NCBI GenBank assembly: GCA_964462295.1
Contig: CAYWXH010000005.1
Location: 1 to 60,227, forward strand
Direction of reading: 5' to 3'
Length of the DNA: 60,227 bases
Source of the DNA: an uncultured Atribacterota bacterium
Lineage (GTDB): Bacteria > Atribacterota > JALVIU01
Of this stretch, positions 57,924 through 60,227 are shown in pieces. Each line of letters begins with the position of its first letter. Positions within the stretch are counted from its first letter, which is position 1. Below the pieces are notes generated by a model that saw only the letters and a program-made list of their open reading frames with translations, ran no database searches and was not told the origin of the DNA. Made by a program: the position numbers and the translations under genes.

Positions 57924-58646
57924 TTAGGATATACCTACCTCCTCAATGAAATCTCTTACTTTAAGGGGATCAACTTTTACACCAGGGCCCATTGTAGGGG
58001 CTACAGCGATACTCTTCAAATATCTACCCTTTGCAGCCTGAGGCCTCGCTCTAACCACGGCATCTAACAATACAGCAAAGTTCTCAGCTAACTTATCTAA
58101 ATCAAAAGAAACTTTGCCTATTCCCACATGTAAAATACCATATCTATCTGCTCTAAATTCTACCCTACCTGCCTTCGCCTCTTTTACAGCCTTTGCCACA
58201 TCAAAGGTAACCGTTCCAACCTTAGGATTAGGCATTAATCCTCTTGGACCAAGTATTCTGCCCAATTTACCTACAACACTCATCATATCAGGGGTTGCAA
58301 TAACTGCATCAAAGTCAAGCCATCCTTCTTTTGTAATTTTTTCGGCTAGATCCTCTGCGCCTACATAATCAGCACCTGCTGCCTCTGCCTCTTTTGCCTT
58401 CTCTCCCTTTGCAAAGACTAAAACCCTTATACTTTTACCAGTTCCATGTGGCAATACTACAGTACTTCTTACCCTTTGATCAGCCTTTGTAGGGTCAATC
58501 CCCAATCTTATAGCAGCCTCTACTGTCTCATCAAAATTTGCAAAAGCAATATCCTTTACAGTTTTCAAGGCCTCTTTTGGTTCATAAAGTTTATCAGGTT
58601 CATATTTTGTTAAAGCTTCGCGATATTTCTTTCCTCTTTTTTTCAT
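57924..58646 (-). CDS. rplA: 50S ribosomal protein L1
   Basis: 240 aa. [25 protein letters not shown] and [10 protein letters not shown]. Confidence 0.96.
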   Translation of the reverse strand: MKKRGKKYREALTKYEPDKLYEPKEALKTVKDIAFANFDETVEAAIRLGIDPTKADQRVRSTVVLPHGTGKSIRVLVFAKGEKAKEAEAAGADYVGAEDLAEKITKEGWLDFDAVIATPDMMSVVGKLGRILGPRGLMPNPKVGTVTFDVAKAVKEAKAGRVEFRADRYGILHVGIGKVSFDLDKLAENFAVLLDAVVRARPQAAKGRYLKSIAVAPTMGPGVKVDPLKVRDFIEEVGIS

Positions 58647-58696
58647 TACACATACCTCCTGTGGTCAACAAGCTTAAAGCTCTCCCACCTCTAATA

Positions 58697-59122
58697 CTAG
58701 TCTACTACATCAACACCCATACTTCTTGCAGTACCTGCTATAATTTTTGCAGCTGCCTCTACATCTTTAGTATTTAAATCAGGGAGCTTTTTCTCTGCTA
58801 TTTCAAGTAACTGTTTTTTGGTAATTTTTCCTACTTTATTTCTATTTGGTTCTCCTGAACCTTTATTAATTCCTACAGCTTGTTTGATAAGTTCTGCTGC
58901 AGGAGGAGTTTTTACAATATATGTAAAACTCCTATCCTGGTAAATAGTAATAACTACAGGGAGGATAGTTCCTGCCTGATTTTTTGTTCTTTCATTAAAA
59001 CTTTTAACAAATTCCATTATGTTCGCCCCATGTTGCCCAAGGGCTGGTCCTACAGGGGGCGCAGGACTTGCTCCTCCACCAGGAAGTTGTAACTTTACCT
59101 GTGCGATAACCTTTTTTGCCAT
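58697..59122 (-). CDS. rplK: 50S ribosomal protein L11
   Basis: 141 aa. [29 protein letters not shown]. Confidence 0.96.
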   Translation of the reverse strand: MAKKVIAQVKLQLPGGGASPAPPVGPALGQHGANIMEFVKSFNERTKNQAGTILPVVITIYQDRSFTYIVKTPPAAELIKQAVGINKGSGEPNRNKVGKITKKQLLEIAEKKLPDLNTKDVEAAAKIIAGTARSMGVDVVD

Positions 59123-59139
59123 TTTATCAAAATTCCTCC

Positions 59140-59676
59140 TTAAAACTTCTCTATATCTGAAAAACTAACTTCCACAGGTGTTTCTCTTCCAAAAAAGGTA
59201 ATTAAAACTTTAACCTTCCCTCTATCGGGGTCTATATCTTGTACTGTGCCTATTTGATCACTAAATGGACCTGCAATAATCTTGATGCTATCTCCCTTTT
59301 GGAGATTAACCTTTGTAGTAGGTCCTTCTCCGCTAATCTGCTTTAAAATTCTGTCAACTTCCTCTTCATTTAGAGGTTCTGGTTTTCCACCCGAGCCTAC
59401 GAATCGTGTAACACCTGGAGTATTTCTTACAAGATTCCAAGATTCATCTGTAAGTATCATCTCTACGATTATGTATCCTGGAAACACTTTTTTTTGAGTA
59501 ATCTTTCTCTTTCTATTCTTTATTTCTATAACATTTTCAGTGGGAACAAGGACGCGAAAAATCTTATCCTTCATTCCCATCATTTCTACTCTCTTTTCTA
59601 AGTTTATCCTTACTTTATCCTCATATCCAGAATATGTATGAACTACATACCATCTCTTATTATTTTTTAAAATCAT
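59140..59676 (-). CDS. nusG: Transcription termination/antitermination factor NusG
   Basis: [11 protein letters not shown], the NGN domain and a C-terminal KOW motif ([18 protein letters not shown]). 178 aa. Confidence 0.95.
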   Translation of the reverse strand: MILKNNKRWYVVHTYSGYEDKVRINLEKRVEMMGMKDKIFRVLVPTENVIEIKNRKRKITQKKVFPGYIIVEMILTDESWNLVRNTPGVTRFVGSGGKPEPLNEEEVDRILKQISGEGPTTKVNLQKGDSIKIIAGPFSDQIGTVQDIDPDRGKVKVLITFFGRETPVEVSFSDIEKF

Positions 59677-59690
59677 TAATCACACCCATA

Positions 59691-59891
59691 TTATCTAATA
59701 AAGATGGTGAATATCTGGGTTAAAAGGAGATCTATTATCCCTATAAAAACCGCAAAGAAAAGCACAAACAGTATGACCACTGTAGTACTTGAGATCAACT
59801 CTTTTCTACTAGGCCAAGTTACCCTCTTAAATTCTCCCCAAGACTCCTTCAGAAATCTTACAAATTTCTGATATATTTTGCTAAACCACAT
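59691..59891 (-). CDS. secE: Preprotein translocase subunit SecE
   Basis: 66 aa. ESWGEFKRVTWPSRKEL followed by one TM helix. Lies between tRNA-Trp and nusG. Confidence 0.9.
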   Translation of the reverse strand: MWFSKIYQKFVRFLKESWGEFKRVTWPSRKELISSTTVVILFVLFFAVFIGIIDLLLTQIFTIFIR

Positions 59892-59925
59892 TCTGGAATC
59901 TCCTTATATTTAATATTAAAAAAGG

Positions 59926-59998
59926 CAGGTCCGGCAGGATTTGAACCTGCAGCCCCCGGATTTGGAGTCCGGTGCTCTGCCGTTAGAGCTACGGACCT
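59926..59998 (-). tRNA. tRNA-Trp (anticodon CCA)
   Basis: Manual cloverleaf on the minus strand: acceptor AGGTCCG/CGGACCT, anticodon stem CCGGA/TCCGG with loop CTCCAAA, T-arm GCAGG-TTCAAAT-CCTGC. It occupies the canonical rpmG-tRNA-Trp-secE position. Confidence 0.9.
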
Positions 59999-60009
59999 GC
60001 AACTAAAAT

Positions 60010-60159
60010 TTATCTTGTTTCTTTATGTATAGTATGTTTTCTACAAAACTTACAATATTTTTTTAATTCTAATCTTTCACTTCTCTTTTTCTTATCTTTA
60101 TATGTAGTATAATTTCTATGTTTACATTCTGTGCATTCTAATATCACTACTTGTTTCAT
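60010..60159 (-). CDS. rpmG: 50S ribosomal protein L33
   Basis: Not in the ORF track because it is under 60 aa. My hand translation gives [49 protein letters not shown], with the CxxC...CxxC zinc ribbon of L33. GAGGAAGG lies upstream. Confidence 0.9.
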   Translation of the reverse strand: MKQVVILECTECKHRNYTTYKDKKKRSERLELKKYCKFCRKHTIHKETR

Positions 60160-60176
60160 TATATTATACCTTCCTC

Positions 60177-60227
60177 TTACTCAATAATCTCAGTTATAAC
60201 TCCTGCACCTACAGTCCTACCACCTTC
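60177..60227 (-). CDS. tuf: Elongation factor Tu, 3' end only (gene continues beyond the window)
   Basis: The minus-strand translation ends ...[16 protein letters not shown]-stop, the conserved EF-Tu C-terminus. It lies upstream of rpmG as in many bacteria. Confidence 0.85.
   Translation of the reverse strand, partial: EGGRTVGAGVITEIIE

Noticed and set aside
1-60227. Defence island, toxin-antitoxin pair, prophage, integrase, IS element or CRISPR-cas anywhere in the window
   Set aside because: I went through every ORF of 60 aa or more and every intergenic gap over 40 nt. None shows transposase, integrase, Cas, restriction-modification or toxin motifs. None shows terminal inverted repeats, spacer arrays or a compositional island. 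The only plus-strand islet (23395-25060) contains a sugar kinase, a tRNA and a DUF82 protein, with no mobility genes.

Overview
This is a 60.2-kb, AT-rich and very tightly packed core-genome window from a bacterium whose proteins are K/E/I-rich in the style of a thermophile. I cannot assign the organism from sequence alone.

All genes are on the minus strand except a small plus-strand islet at 23395-25060 (fructokinase, tRNA-Ser, Mut7-C/DUF82).

Gene order on the minus strand, from high to low coordinates:
- tuf (3' end), rpmG, tRNA-Trp, secE, nusG, rplK, rplA, L10 leader/attenuator, rplJ, rplL, strong terminator
- GAF-GGDEF cyclase plus a divergent sigma-28-like protein
- tig, clpP, clpX, lon, metK, hisS, asnS, aspS, epmA, polA
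- M20 peptidase, NUDIX, EndoQ-like PHP nuclease, speB, asp23, YprB-like exonuclease, hypothetical
- 6S RNA candidate, 5-formyl-THF cyclo-ligase, rpsA, rarA
- PP-loop ATPase, phosphoesterase, HAD, GH57, pgk
- (plus-strand islet), HU, orphan sugar-ABC ATPase
- rimP, nusA, ylxR, infB, DUF503, rbfA, truB, ribF, rpsO, pnp, uppP, ftsK
- RodZ-like, DUF4416, rimO, pgsA::cinA fusion, thpR, recA, rny, spoVS, miaB, miaA

I see no mobile element, CRISPR array, prophage or recognisable defence island. This is an ordinary housekeeping region, so the findings are mostly local:
- The most system-like oddity is a translationally coupled GAF-GGDEF / sigma-region-4 gene pair. It sits where rpoBC normally follows rplL, directly behind the rplL terminator.
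- Two genes (miaB, rarA) have conserved N-terminal residues encoded upstream of any ATG/GTG/TTG.
- A rod-like ~190-nt RNA lies upstream of the 5-FTHF cyclo-ligase gene, which is the classic 6S RNA synteny.
- The rplJ leader has a three-way terminator / antiterminator / anti-antiterminator arrangement.
- A perfect 19-bp hairpin sits in the rimP-nusA-infB leader.
- pgsA and the cinA C-terminal domain are fused in one ORF.
- A GC-rich tandem repeat is cut by the left window edge.

All functional calls come from motif recognition by eye. No database search was run.
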